Counted from the first letter of the stretch, positions 10,167-19,633 are shown. The stretch is DNA of 64,000 nucleotides from Anaeromyxobacter sp. (GCA_031396105.1 JANNKC010000234.1:2423-66422); one strand, 5' to 3'. The notes: generated from the sequence alone by a model not told the origin. Made by a program: numbers and translations.

Positions 10167-12407
10167 TCAGGCCCGTCGCCGCTTGCGGCGGCGCAGGCGG
10201 GCCTCGGCCCGGGCGCGGCGGCGCTCCCGCGCCTTCTGCCGCCCGGGGTCGTCGCGGCTCGGCTCGGCCTCGGGCCGCTCCTCGCGCAGCCCCTGCAGCG
10301 AGATGATGAACTCGGCGCCCTGGCCGGGCGGGGAGCGCACCACGATGCTCCCCTGGTGCGCCGTGACGATGCGCTGGCAGATGGCCAGCCCGAGCCCGGT
10401 GCCCTTCTCCTTGGTCGTGTAGAAGGGGACGAAGATGCGCTCGCGCGCCTCCTCGGAGATGCCCGGGCCGCTGTCGTGGAAGCGCACCTCCACCTGGTCC
10501 GGCCGCCGGGCCCCCTCGCGCCAGTAGGCGAGATCGTCGCGCGTCACCCGGGTGGAGACCTCCAGCGTGCCGCCGCGGGGCATGGCCTGGAAGGCGTTCT
10601 GCGTCAGGTTGATGAACACCTGCTTCAGCTGCTCGGCGTCGCAGAGGACGCGCGGCAGCTCCGGCGCCAGCGTCACCGAGAGCGCCACCGCGGGCGGCAC
10701 CGCCGGCGCGAGCAGGCGGAAGGTGCGGGTCAGGACGTCGTTCAGGTCGGCCGGCGCCATGGCCGGCTTGAGCGGACGGGAGTAGTCGAGGAACTGGGTG
10801 ACCACGCCGTTCAGCCGGTTCACCTCGTCCACCATGATCTCGAGGAACTCGCGGTCCTCCTCGGGCAGCTTGCTGGGGTCGAGGTACTGGATGGCGCCCT
10901 TGATGGCGGCCAGCGGGTTGCGGATCTCGTGGGCCAGGCCGGCCGACATCTCGCCGATGGCCGCCAGGCGGTCGCGCTCCTTCATCTGCTGGTAGAGCTT
11001 GGAGTTCTCGATGACCAGGGCGCAGCGGTCGGCCACCTCCAGGAGCGCCGCGATCTCGTCCGAGGCGAAGGCCTCCGTCACCCGCTCGTCCCAGCAGGCC
11101 AGGAAGCCCACGGCGCGATCACCGGCCGCCAGCGGCATGCAGATGCCGGCCTTCATGAAGGCCATGACGGCGGCGGCGTCGCCCAGCCGCTTCAGCTCGT
11201 CGGCCACCGCGGCCGTGGAGGGCCGGCCGCTCCGCGCCTCGGCCTCGGCCGGGCCGGCCGGCAGCAGGCGCCTCAGCTCGGACATGCGCCGCACCAGGTT
11301 CTCCAGGAGCACCGCCTTCTGGCCGCCGGTGGTGGCGGCCATCAGCGTGCGCGCCGCCGCCGGCTCCAGGAAGCGGGCCGGCGCCGGGCCGCGGAAGTCG
11401 TGGAGCCGGTAGCCGGGCCGATCGTCGGCCAGCAGCCACAGGGAGGCGTGGGTGACGCGGCGGGTCTCCACCAGGCCGTCCAGCACCACCTGGGAGAGCT
11501 CGGCCGGGTCGATGACGGTGCCGCAGCGGTCCCGCAGCGCCTCCAGGCGGCGCACCAGCTCGTAGCGCTCGTGGAAGAGCGTGGCCACCACCCACTCCTC
11601 GACCCGCTCCCGCAGCGGCTCGAAGAGGGAGAGGATGACGAAGGAGGCCACCACGGTGTTGAAGTAGAAGAGCTCGCGCCGGTCGCCCACCCAGGAGACC
11701 AGGCCGCCGTAGACGGCGACCAGCACCAGGCCGAGCGCGCTCACCACCACGATCTTCCCCAGGAACTCGTGCAGGTCGAGCAGCCGGTGGCGCTGCAGCG
11801 TCTGCGACAGGAAGAACATGAAGACGGTGAGGACGATGGACCCCAGCCCCTCGGCCGGGGTGGGGAGGCCAAGGCGCGGCAGCATGTCGGCGATGGAGAG
11901 CGCCACCGCCACCAGCGCGCCGACGAACAGGTAGCGCAGGCGCGCCCGCTCGACCCGGGTGGTGGCGGCGCGCATGCGGTTCCAGAGCACCGAGAGCACC
12001 ACCGCCAGCCCGAAGACCACGTAGGCGGCCACCGCGGCCTTGGCCAGCTTGGAGTGGATGAGCGGCGAGACCGCCACCACCAGGCCGCCCAGCGAGCCCG
12101 CCAGCATGGCGTTGCGCGCCCGCCGCGCCGGGCGGCGCGCCACGCCCAGGAACTCCAGGAAGAACGCCAGGCCGGCGGCGGGCACCAGCGCCCCCGAGGC
12201 CACCGCCAGCCGCTCCCACCAGATCGCGCTGCCCGCGGCGTCCGGCCAGCGGAGCAGACAGACGGCCAGCGAGAAGAGGAAGAGGTCGAGGCTGAAGAGG
12301 GCGAAGAGCGTGAAGACCCGCGCGCGGTTGTCTCGCAGCAACGCCGCCACGGCGAGCGCCAGGGTGACGATGGCGGCGAGCAGGGCGGCCTGGGTGCGGA
12401 TGTCCAC
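10167..12407 (-). CDS. Multi-pass membrane sensor histidine kinase (GAF-HisKA-HATPase_c)
   Basis: GTG at 12407, preceded by AGGA, gives 746 aa. About 6 N-terminal TM helices, H-box GLAHEIRNPL, N/G boxes (NLTQNA, DSGPGI, GTGLGL). Ends in a roughly 40-aa Arg/Lys-rich tail. The rest of the 1095-aa track ORF upstream is Ala/Arg/Ser shadow sequence. Confidence 0.85.
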   Translation of the reverse strand: MDIRTQAALLAAIVTLALAVAALLRDNRARVFTLFALFSLDLFLFSLAVCLLRWPDAAGSAIWWERLAVASGALVPAAGLAFFLEFLGVARRPARRARNAMLAGSLGGLVVAVSPLIHSKLAKAAVAAYVVFGLAVVLSVLWNRMRAATTRVERARLRYLFVGALVAVALSIADMLPRLGLPTPAEGLGSIVLTVFMFFLSQTLQRHRLLDLHEFLGKIVVVSALGLVLVAVYGGLVSWVGDRRELFYFNTVVASFVILSLFEPLRERVEEWVVATLFHERYELVRRLEALRDRCGTVIDPAELSQVVLDGLVETRRVTHASLWLLADDRPGYRLHDFRGPAPARFLEPAAARTLMAATTGGQKAVLLENLVRRMSELRRLLPAGPAEAEARSGRPSTAAVADELKRLGDAAAVMAFMKAGICMPLAAGDRAVGFLACWDERVTEAFASDEIAALLEVADRCALVIENSKLYQQMKERDRLAAIGEMSAGLAHEIRNPLAAIKGAIQYLDPSKLPEEDREFLEIMVDEVNRLNGVVTQFLDYSRPLKPAMAPADLNDVLTRTFRLLAPAVPPAVALSVTLAPELPRVLCDAEQLKQVFINLTQNAFQAMPRGGTLEVSTRVTRDDLAYWREGARRPDQVEVRFHDSGPGISEEARERIFVPFYTTKEKGTGLGLAICQRIVTAHQGSIVVRSPPGQGAEFIISLQGLREERPEAEPSRDDPGRQKARERRRARAEARLRRRKRRRA

Positions 12408-12495
12408 GCCGGGCCATCCTAGCTCGCTTCGCGGACCTGGATGACCGCCGGCGCCGACTTGACCCGGCCCTGGCGCGAGCGCACCCTCGACCCCG

Positions 12496-14700
12496 ATGAA
12501 CCCGCTCCTGCTGGCGGTGGCCCTGGCCGCCGCGCCGGCGACCGCCCTCGACCTGGATCTCACCCCCGCGCTGACCGGCCCATCGGCCGGCGCCGCCGCC
12601 CTGCTCGAGGCGGGACGGCCCGACGAGGCGCTGGCCGCGCTGGGCCTCGCCTCGGGGCCCGAGGCTCGCCTGGTGCGCGGGCTGGCGCTGGAGGCGTCCG
12701 GGCGGGCCGTCGAGGCGCTGGCCGCGCTGGAAGGGCTGGAGGGTGCGCTCCCGGACCTGGCCGACCGGATCCTGGGGGCCCGCGGGCGGCTGCTGCTCGA
12801 CCAGGCGCGCCACGTCGAGGCGGCGGCCGTCTTCGCCGCGGTGGGAGCCGGCTCGCTGGGAGGCCCGGCCGCGGTGGTGGCCCGCGCCCGCGCCCTGGCT
12901 GCGGTGGGGGAGCGTGCGGGCGCCCTGGGCGCGCTGCAGCCGATCCTCGCCGCGCCGGCCGATGGTCCGCTGGCAGGCCAGGCCGCCGCGGCGCTGCTGC
13001 TCGCGGGCAGCCTGCGCGCCGCCCTGGAGCCCCCGGACCTGGCTGGCGCCAGGCAGGCCCTCCTCGACTGCTGGGCCGGCCGGCCCGCCGACCCCGACGC
13101 GCCCGCCTGCCTGGCCGCCCTGAGGGCGCTGCCCGGCGAGGCGGGCCGCGACCCGCCCGCCGAGGCGCAGGTGCGCCGGGCCGAGGGGCTCCTCGAGCAG
13201 AACCGGAGCCCGGAGGCCATCGCGCTGCTCGCTCCGGTGGTGGCGGCCGCTCCGCCCGCTGGGCCCGCCGAGCCGGCCGCCTGCCGGGCCCGCGCCGCCC
13301 TCGGGCGAGCGCTCCGGCGCGAGCGCCAGAACGAGCGCGCCGCCGAGCTGCTCAGGCCGGTGGCGGAGCGGTGCACCGAGCCCGTCCTGCGCACCCGGGC
13401 TCGCTTCGTGCTGGCCACGGCCGTCTCCGCCGCCGGCGCGAGGGACGAGGCCATCGGCCTCTACCGGCGCTTCGCCCGGGAGCAGCGCGACAGCCCGCTG
13501 GCGGACGACGCGCTCCTCGCCGCGGCCGAGCTGGCGGCCCGGGCCGGGCGCGCCGCCGAGGCGCGCGAGGCGCTCGAGTCCCTGGTGCGCGACCACCCCG
13601 AAGGCGACCGGCGCGACCAGGCCCGCTTCCGCCTGGCCTGGCTCGCCTGGCGGGGCGGCGACGAGGACGGGGCCCTCGCCGCGCTCCGGCGCGTGGAGCT
13701 GGACCGCCGCGAGGTCGATCCGTACGAGCACGCCCGAGCCGCCTACTGGCGGGCCCGGCTCCTGTCCCGGCGCGGCGAAGAGGGGAAGGCCGCGGCGCGC
13801 TCCATCTGGCGCGAGCTGGTGGCGCTGGCCCCCGCCGACTACTACGCGCTCCTCGCCCGTGCCCGGCTGGCCGGCCTGGACGGGGTGCTGCTCCCGGATC
13901 CCGCCCCGGCGGAGGCGCCGCGCGCCTGGACCCTCGATCCCGGGCCGCTGCGGGACGACGCGCACCTGCGGGCTGGCGTGGCGCTGCTCCGGGCCGGGTT
14001 GGCCCGCGCCGCGGCGGAGGAGCTCCGGGCGGTGCGGGTGCCCGACACCGGCGAGCTCGCTCCGGTGCTCTGCCTGGCCACGCTGCTCGACCGCGCCGGC
14101 GACCACCAGGCCGCCCACCAGCTCCTGCGGAGCCAGGCGCGGGGGGCCCTGCGCCGGCCGCCGGACGGGCCGCTGCGCCAGGTCTGGGAGGTGGCCTACC
14201 CCAGGGCCCATGCGGAGCTGGTGCGCCGCTACGCCCCCGCCGCCGGCGTCCCCCCCGAGCTGCTGCAGGCGCTCATGCGCGAGGAGAGCGCCCTCGATCC
14301 CGAGGCGGTCTCGGCCGCCGGGGCCGTCGGGCTGACCCAGCTCATGCTCCCCACCGCCAGGGCGGTGGCGCGGCGGCTCAAGCTGCCCGCGCCCGACCGG
14401 GCCGGGCTCATGGAGCCGGCCACCTCGATCCGGATCGGCGCGGCCTACCTGGGCGCGCTGCTGACGCGCTTCGGCGGCTCGCCGGCGCTGGCGCTGGCGG
14501 CCTACAACGCGGGCGAGAGCGCGGTGGGGCGCTGGCGGGCGGCCGGCCCCGGCGTGCCGCTCGACGAGTTCGTGGAGGAGATCCCCTACGACGAGACCCG
14601 CGGCTACGTGAAGCGGGTGCTCCGCTCCTACGCGAGCTACCGGCTGCTGGCCGGCCCGGTGGCGGCCCAGGCCAGCGCCCCCATCCCGTCCGGCGGGTAG
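12496..14700 (+). CDS. Soluble lytic murein transglycosylase (Slt70-like, superhelical N-domain plus SLT domain)
   Basis: 734 aa with a signal peptide (MNPLLLAVALAAAPATA). SLT catalytic region: LMREESALDPEAVSAAGAVGLTQLM...AAYNAGESAV. Confidence 0.88.
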   Translation: MNPLLLAVALAAAPATALDLDLTPALTGPSAGAAALLEAGRPDEALAALGLASGPEARLVRGLALEASGRAVEALAALEGLEGALPDLADRILGARGRLLLDQARHVEAAAVFAAVGAGSLGGPAAVVARARALAAVGERAGALGALQPILAAPADGPLAGQAAAALLLAGSLRAALEPPDLAGARQALLDCWAGRPADPDAPACLAALRALPGEAGRDPPAEAQVRRAEGLLEQNRSPEAIALLAPVVAAAPPAGPAEPAACRARAALGRALRRERQNERAAELLRPVAERCTEPVLRTRARFVLATAVSAAGARDEAIGLYRRFAREQRDSPLADDALLAAAELAARAGRAAEAREALESLVRDHPEGDRRDQARFRLAWLAWRGGDEDGALAALRRVELDRREVDPYEHARAAYWRARLLSRRGEEGKAAARSIWRELVALAPADYYALLARARLAGLDGVLLPDPAPAEAPRAWTLDPGPLRDDAHLRAGVALLRAGLARAAAEELRAVRVPDTGELAPVLCLATLLDRAGDHQAAHQLLRSQARGALRRPPDGPLRQVWEVAYPRAHAELVRRYAPAAGVPPELLQALMREESALDPEAVSAAGAVGLTQLMLPTARAVARRLKLPAPDRAGLMEPATSIRIGAAYLGALLTRFGGSPALALAAYNAGESAVGRWRAAGPGVPLDEFVEEIPYDETRGYVKRVLRSYASYRLLAGPVAAQASAPIPSGG

Positions 14701-14723
14701 CGCACGCCGCGCGGTCCAAGGGC

Positions 14724-14891
14724 TCAGAAGATGGTGTAGATGAGCGGCGCGATGGCCGACCCCTGCGTGAAGAACACCAGGAGCCCCATCAGCAGCAGGA
14801 CGATGAAGAGGGGCAGGAGCCAGAACCTCTTCCGCTCCCCGAGGAAGCCGGAGAAGTCCCTGACGAACTCGATGATCGCGTCGACGCTCAC
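14724..14891 (-). CDS. Small membrane protein, SxtK/DUF5989-like
   Basis: 55 aa, not in the ORF track. GTG at 14891 reads VSVDAIIEFVRDFSGFLGERKRFWLLPLFIVLLLMGLLVFFTQGSAIAPLIYTIF. This is the typical microprotein found downstream of carbamoyltransferase/SxtJ genes. Confidence 0.6.
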   Translation of the reverse strand: MSVDAIIEFVRDFSGFLGERKRFWLLPLFIVLLLMGLLVFFTQGSAIAPLIYTIF

Positions 14892-14916
14892 GCCCGCATC
14901 ATAGCGCGGCGTTCGA

Positions 14917-16965
14917 TCAGTAGGGGCGGTCCAGGCCGGCGGGCGGGGCCTCCCCCGCGTCCTTCCGGTAGGAGCGGGCTTCCGGGTCGAAGCCGAGGTC
15001 GAGCGGCACCTTCCCCAGCAGGCGGAAGGCGACGCCGTACGGGACGACCAGCAGGAGGTAGACGGCCCCGAAGATGAGCCGGGTGTTGATCCAGCCGAGC
15101 ACCTCCGCGAGCTTCATCCAGCCCCGGTGGAGCGGGGAGAGCAGCCCGGACAGGAGGCCCATCACCTCGGGACGCCTGGTGGGAGGGGCCGGGGCGGTGC
15201 CCGCACGGGCCGGGGATTCCGCCAGGCCCGGCTGCTCGGCCTGGTGCAGGAGGCGGCCGCCCAGCACGAGGTGGTCCATCCCCGTCCTCCTGAAGCACCG
15301 GTAGGCGTCCTCGGGGGTGCAGACGATCGGCTCCCCGCGGACGTTGAAGGAGGTGTTCACCAGCACGGCGCAGCCGGTGAGGCGCTCGAAGGCCGACAGG
15401 AGCCGGTGGAAGAGGGGGTTCCGCTCGGCGCTGACGGTCTGGACCCGCGCCGAGCCGTCGACGTGGGTGACGGCGGGGAGGGCCGCGCGGCAGCCCGCGC
15501 CGACCGGGGCGACCAGCAGCATGTACGGGCTCTCCCGGTCGAGGTCGAAGGAGGCCGAGGCCCGCTCGGCCGGCACCGCGGGGGCGAACGGGCGGAACGA
15601 CTCCCGGAACTTGATCTTCAGGTTCATCCGCGACTGCATCCCCGGATCCCTCGGGTCGCCGAGGATCGAGCGGTTCCCGAGCGCGCGCGGTCCGTACTCC
15701 ATCCGTCCCTGGAACCACCCGACGACGTCGCCGCGGGCGAGCAGCTCGGCGGTCTGGCCGAGGAGCGCCTCGACGCCGGGCGCGTGGGCGACGGCCCCGA
15801 GCCGGGAGAGCGCCTCGTCGATGGCCCGGTCGTCCCAGCCGGGCCCGAGGAGCGCCCCCTTCATCGAGTCCCCGGGCAGCGGGGTGCGCTCCTTCCCGAG
15901 GTGCTCGTGCCACGCCGCCAGCGCGGCCCCGAGCGCCCCGCCGGCGTCGCCCGCGGCCGGCTGGATCCAGAGGTCCTCGAACCCGGACTCGCGCAGGACC
16001 CGGCCGTTGGCGACGCAGTTGAGGGCCACCCCGCCGGCGAGGCAGAGCCGCCGCTCGCCGGTCTCCCGGCGGACGGTCCTGGCGAGCCGGAGGACGACCT
16101 CCTCGGTGACGGCCTGGATCGACCGGGCCAGGTCGAACTCCCGCTGGGTCAGGGCGGTCTCGGGCTTCCGGGGCGGCCCGCCGAGGAGGTCGTGGAACGC
16201 CTCGGTCGTCATGGTCAGGCCGGTGGCGAAGCCGAAGTACCGCATGTCGAGCCGGAAGGTCCCGTCCTCCTTCACGTCGACCAGCGTCCCGAGGATCCGG
16301 TCGACGAAGCGCGGCTCCCCGTACGGCGCCAGCCCCATCACCTTGTACTCGCCCGAGTTGACGCGGAAGCCGAGGTACCCGGTGAAGGCGGAGTAGAGGA
16401 GGCCCAGCGAGTGGGGGAAGTCGATCTCCCACAGGGCGGTCAGCCTGTTCCCGTCGCCGAGCCAGGCGGAGGTGGTCGCCTTCTCGCCCACGCCGTCAAT
16501 GCAGAGGACGGCCGCGCGCGGGAACGGGCTCGGGAAGAAGGCGGAGGCCGCGTGCGACCGGTGGTGCTCCGGGAAGAGGATCCTCGGGGGAGCGGCGGGC
16601 GGGTGCTCCCCCGGGAGGGCCGCCAGGGACCTCCGGAGGTGCGATCGGAGGAAGAGCTTCTCGCGGGTCCAGGCCGGCATCGCCGCGACGAACGACTGGA
16701 GGCCGTGGGGCGCGAAGGCGATGTAGGTCTCGATGAGCCGCTCGAACTTGAGGAGCGGCTTGTCGTAGAAGGCCACCAGGTCGACGTCGCGGAGCGAGAC
16801 CCCGGCCTCCTCGAGGCAGTACGCGACGGCGCGGGCGGGGAAGTCGGCGTCGTGCCGCCTCCGCGAGAAGCGCTCCTCCTGCGCCGCGGCGACGATCTCC
16901 CCATCGCAGAGCAGGGCGGCGGCGCTGTCGTGGTAGTAGGCCGAGATCCCGAGGACCCGGGTCAT
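14917..16965 (-). CDS. NodU/CmcH-family carbamoyltransferase fused in frame to an SxtJ-like C-terminal membrane segment
   Basis: The ATG at 16965 (MTRVLGISAYYHDSAAALL) gives 682 aa. Carbamoyltransferase N and C domains are recognisable (FPHSLGLLYS, GEYKVMGLAPYG, MEYGPRALGNRSILGDPR, VDGSARVQTV, VNTSFNVRGEPIV). There is no stop before the segment MGLLSGLLSPLHRGWMKLAEVLGWINTRLIFGAVYLLLVVPYGVAFRLLGKVPLDLGFDP (14917-15162). Confidence 0.9.
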   Translation of the reverse strand: MTRVLGISAYYHDSAAALLCDGEIVAAAQEERFSRRRHDADFPARAVAYCLEEAGVSLRDVDLVAFYDKPLLKFERLIETYIAFAPHGLQSFVAAMPAWTREKLFLRSHLRRSLAALPGEHPPAAPPRILFPEHHRSHAASAFFPSPFPRAAVLCIDGVGEKATTSAWLGDGNRLTALWEIDFPHSLGLLYSAFTGYLGFRVNSGEYKVMGLAPYGEPRFVDRILGTLVDVKEDGTFRLDMRYFGFATGLTMTTEAFHDLLGGPPRKPETALTQREFDLARSIQAVTEEVVLRLARTVRRETGERRLCLAGGVALNCVANGRVLRESGFEDLWIQPAAGDAGGALGAALAAWHEHLGKERTPLPGDSMKGALLGPGWDDRAIDEALSRLGAVAHAPGVEALLGQTAELLARGDVVGWFQGRMEYGPRALGNRSILGDPRDPGMQSRMNLKIKFRESFRPFAPAVPAERASASFDLDRESPYMLLVAPVGAGCRAALPAVTHVDGSARVQTVSAERNPLFHRLLSAFERLTGCAVLVNTSFNVRGEPIVCTPEDAYRCFRRTGMDHLVLGGRLLHQAEQPGLAESPARAGTAPAPPTRRPEVMGLLSGLLSPLHRGWMKLAEVLGWINTRLIFGAVYLLLVVPYGVAFRLLGKVPLDLGFDPEARSYRKDAGEAPPAGLDRPY

Positions 16966-17079
16966 CGACGTTGGCCCATGGGTTCGTCTCCCTGCCGGAT
17001 CCCTAGCACGGCCTGGCGGGGCCGGGCGCTCCCATCGGGCCGGCCGTCGGAAGTGGGGTCCCCGCGCCCTGGCGGCGCT

Positions 17080-17691
17080 ATGATCCCGGGCCAGATGCTC
17101 GACGGTGGCGTCCTCGTGCTCAACCGGCTCTACCGCCCGGTCCACGTGACCTCGGTGCGGCGCGCCTTCACGCTCCTCTACCAGGGGGCGGCGCGCGCGC
17201 TCGACGCCGAGTTCAGGCTCTTCGACTTCGAGAGCTGGGCGGCGCTGGGCGCGGCCACCCACGCCGACGTGGTGGGCACGGTGGCCGGGCGCATCCGCGT
17301 GCCCAGGGTCATCGTGCTGCTGGTCTACGAGCACCTGCCACGCGCCCGCATCCGCTTCTCCCGCTCCAACGTCTACGCGCGCGACGCCGACACCTGCCAG
17401 TACTGTGGGCGGCGCTTCCGCCGCCCCGAGCTCAACCTGGACCACGTGGTGCCGCGCTCCCGGGGCGGGGCCACCAGCTGGGAGAACGTGGTCTGCTCCT
17501 GCGTCCCCTGCAACCTGAGGAAGGGCGGGCGGACGCCGGAGGAGGCCGGGATGCGGCTGCTGCACCGGCCGGCCCGGCCCCGCTGGACGCCGCTGCTGCG
17601 CCAGGCGGCCCGCCGGGTGCTGCACGCCGAGTGGCGTCCCTTCCTCACCGTGGCCGACGTGGCCTACTGGAACGCCGAGCTTTTGGACTGA
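17080..17691 (+). CDS. HNH endonuclease-family protein
   Basis: 203 aa from the ATG at 17080 (alternative ATG at 17095). HNH core: CQYCGRRFRRPELNLDHVVPRSRGGATSWENVVCSCVPCNLRKGGRTPEEAG. Confidence 0.85.
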   Translation: MIPGQMLDGGVLVLNRLYRPVHVTSVRRAFTLLYQGAARALDAEFRLFDFESWAALGAATHADVVGTVAGRIRVPRVIVLLVYEHLPRARIRFSRSNVYARDADTCQYCGRRFRRPELNLDHVVPRSRGGATSWENVVCSCVPCNLRKGGRTPEEAGMRLLHRPARPRWTPLLRQAARRVLHAEWRPFLTVADVAYWNAELLD

Positions 17692-17721
17692 ACCGGCCTG
17701 CCGGCGTAAGCTCCATGGCCG

Positions 17722-18735
17722 ATGGGTGACGCGCCGATCCTCAAGCTGGTCCACGTCGTGCAGGAGCCGCCGAAGCCGGCCGCCGCGCGCAGCCTGGTGC
17801 GCGCGCGGAAGGGGACGCCGCGCACCAGCCGCATCCTCTCGGTGGGGGGCGGCAAGGGCGGCGTCGGCAAGAGCCTCATCTCCGCCAACCTGGGCATCGC
17901 GCTGGCCCGCCGTGGCAAGCGGGTGGTGCTGGTGGACGCCGACCTGGGCGGCGCCAACCTCCACACCACGCTCGGGCTCGAGGTGCCGCGCCGCACCCTC
18001 TCGGACTTCATCGAGCGGCGCGTCGAGCGGATCGATGACGTGCTCACCCCCACCGGCATCGAGAACCTGGCGCTGGTCTCCGGCGCGCTGGACCACCTCG
18101 ACGCGGCCACGCCCAGGCACGCCCAGAAGATGCGCCTCCTGCGCCACGTCCAGGCCATGGACGTGGACTACGCCATCCTGGACCTGGGCGCCGGCACGCA
18201 CACCAACACGCTCGACTTCTTCCTGGTCTCGGACCACGGCGTGCTCGTGCTGGTGCCCGAGCCCACCGCGGTGGAGAACGCCTACCGCTTCGTCAAGGCC
18301 GCCTTCTGGCGCCGCATGCGCACCGTGGCCCAGGTGTATGGCTACGACGCCCTGCTGCGGCAGGTCATGGAGGGCGCCAGCTTCAGGAGCCCCGTCGAGC
18401 TGGTGGCCACCCTGGCCGAGCGCGATCCGGAGGCCGGCGGCAACCTGGCGCGCCAGCTGGCCGCCTTCCGGCCGCGCCTGGTGGTCAACCAGGTCCGCAC
18501 CCCACAGGACGCGGAGATCGGCCACGCCGTGGTGGCCGCCTGGCGCAAGTACTTCGGGCTGGAGATGGACTACCTGGGTGCCATCGCCTACGACGACGAG
18601 ATGTGGCGGGCGGTGCGGCTGCGGCAGCCGCTGCTGGTGTCGCGCCCGGAGGTGCCGGCCGGCCGGGCCTTCGACGCCATCGCGGATCGGCTGGTCGCCA
18701 TGGACCAGGCGGAGCGGGCGGCGGAGCAGCCTTGA
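17722..18735 (+). CDS. ParA/MinD-superfamily P-loop ATPase (deviant Walker A)
   Basis: 337 aa. Motifs: SVGGGKGGVGKSLISANLGIALARRGKRVVLVDADLGGANL and DYAILDLGAG. Confidence 0.9.
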   Translation: MGDAPILKLVHVVQEPPKPAAARSLVRARKGTPRTSRILSVGGGKGGVGKSLISANLGIALARRGKRVVLVDADLGGANLHTTLGLEVPRRTLSDFIERRVERIDDVLTPTGIENLALVSGALDHLDAATPRHAQKMRLLRHVQAMDVDYAILDLGAGTHTNTLDFFLVSDHGVLVLVPEPTAVENAYRFVKAAFWRRMRTVAQVYGYDALLRQVMEGASFRSPVELVATLAERDPEAGGNLARQLAAFRPRLVVNQVRTPQDAEIGHAVVAAWRKYFGLEMDYLGAIAYDDEMWRAVRLRQPLLVSRPEVPAGRAFDAIADRLVAMDQAERAAEQP

Positions 18736-19595
18736 AGCGGCTGTCGGACCAGACGCTCTACGAGATCCTGGAGGTCTCGGTGGAGGCGCCGCCCGAGGAG
18801 ATCGAGCGGGCCTACGAGCGGGCCAGCGCCCTCTACGGGCCGGGCTCCCTGGCCACCTACTCGCTGGTGACTCCCGACGAGGCCCAGCTGCTCACCAACC
18901 GGATCGAGGAGGCCAAGGCCGTGCTCCTCGACCCCGACGCGCGCGGTCGATATGACGAGCGGATCGGCGTCCGCCCGCGCGCCGCGCCGCCACCGCCCAC
19001 CCCGCAGCCCCACGGCGTGGCCACCCCCTGGCCGTCGCTCCAGCCGTCGCCGGCCGAGTCGGCGCACCAGGCCCAGGAGGACGCGGCGCGCTCCGGGCCG
19101 CCGCCTGGGGAGCAGCGTCCCATCCCGCTCGACGCCCCGGTCTCGTCCCCGCCGCCCATCCCGCTGGTGGCCAGGGCAGGCCAGGCCGAGGCGCCAGCGC
19201 CGCCGGCCACTCCGGCCTCGCCGGGGTCCGCCGCGCTCACGCCGTCGCCGGCCGGTGCCGGTCCGGTGGCGCCGGCCCCCATCCCGCTCAAGAACGAGCT
19301 GGCGGCGCCCCGCGAGCTGCTGGTGCCCGAGGGCGCCGCCTGGACCGGCGCGATGCTGCGCCAGGTCCGGGAGGCCCGCGGGCTCACGCTGCCGCAGCTC
19401 TCCGAGCGGACCAAGGTGACCCGCCACCACCTCGAGAACATCGAGGGCGACCGCTTCAAGGCGCTGCCGGCGGCGGTCTACCTCCGCGGCATCCTCATGA
19501 GCCTGGCCCGCGAGCTCCGGCTCGACGGCCAGCGGGTGGCCCGCTCCTACCTGGAGCGGCTGGCCGCCGCGCCGGCCGACGCGCCCAGGAAGTGA
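18732..19595 (+). CDS. J-domain-like (no HPD) / Pro-rich linker / RodZ-type HTH protein
   Basis: The preferred start is the TTG at 18732, overlapping the ParA stop (TTGA), giving 287 aa. N-terminus: QTLYEILEVSVEAPPEEIERAYERASALYGPGS...LLDPDARGRYD. C-terminus: LRQVREARGLTLPQLSERTKVTRHHLENIEGDRFKALPAAVYLRGIL. The start codon is uncertain. Confidence 0.7.
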   Translation: MKRLSDQTLYEILEVSVEAPPEEIERAYERASALYGPGSLATYSLVTPDEAQLLTNRIEEAKAVLLDPDARGRYDERIGVRPRAAPPPPTPQPHGVATPWPSLQPSPAESAHQAQEDAARSGPPPGEQRPIPLDAPVSSPPPIPLVARAGQAEAPAPPATPASPGSAALTPSPAGAGPVAPAPIPLKNELAAPRELLVPEGAAWTGAMLRQVREARGLTLPQLSERTKVTRHHLENIEGDRFKALPAAVYLRGILMSLARELRLDGQRVARSYLERLAAAPADAPRK

Positions 19596-19633
19596 GCCGG
19601 CCAGGCGCCCGTCCGGGCCGGCGCGCGGCTTCG

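Noticed and set aside
18603-18731. ATG at 18603 as the start of the J-like/HTH protein.
   Set aside because: It would overlap the ParA/MinD gene by 133 nt and add an Ala/Gly/Arg-rich shadow-like extension. The TTG at 18732, overlapping the ParA stop, fits the coupling pattern (ATGA/GTGA/TGATG) used repeatedly in this window. The call remains uncertain.
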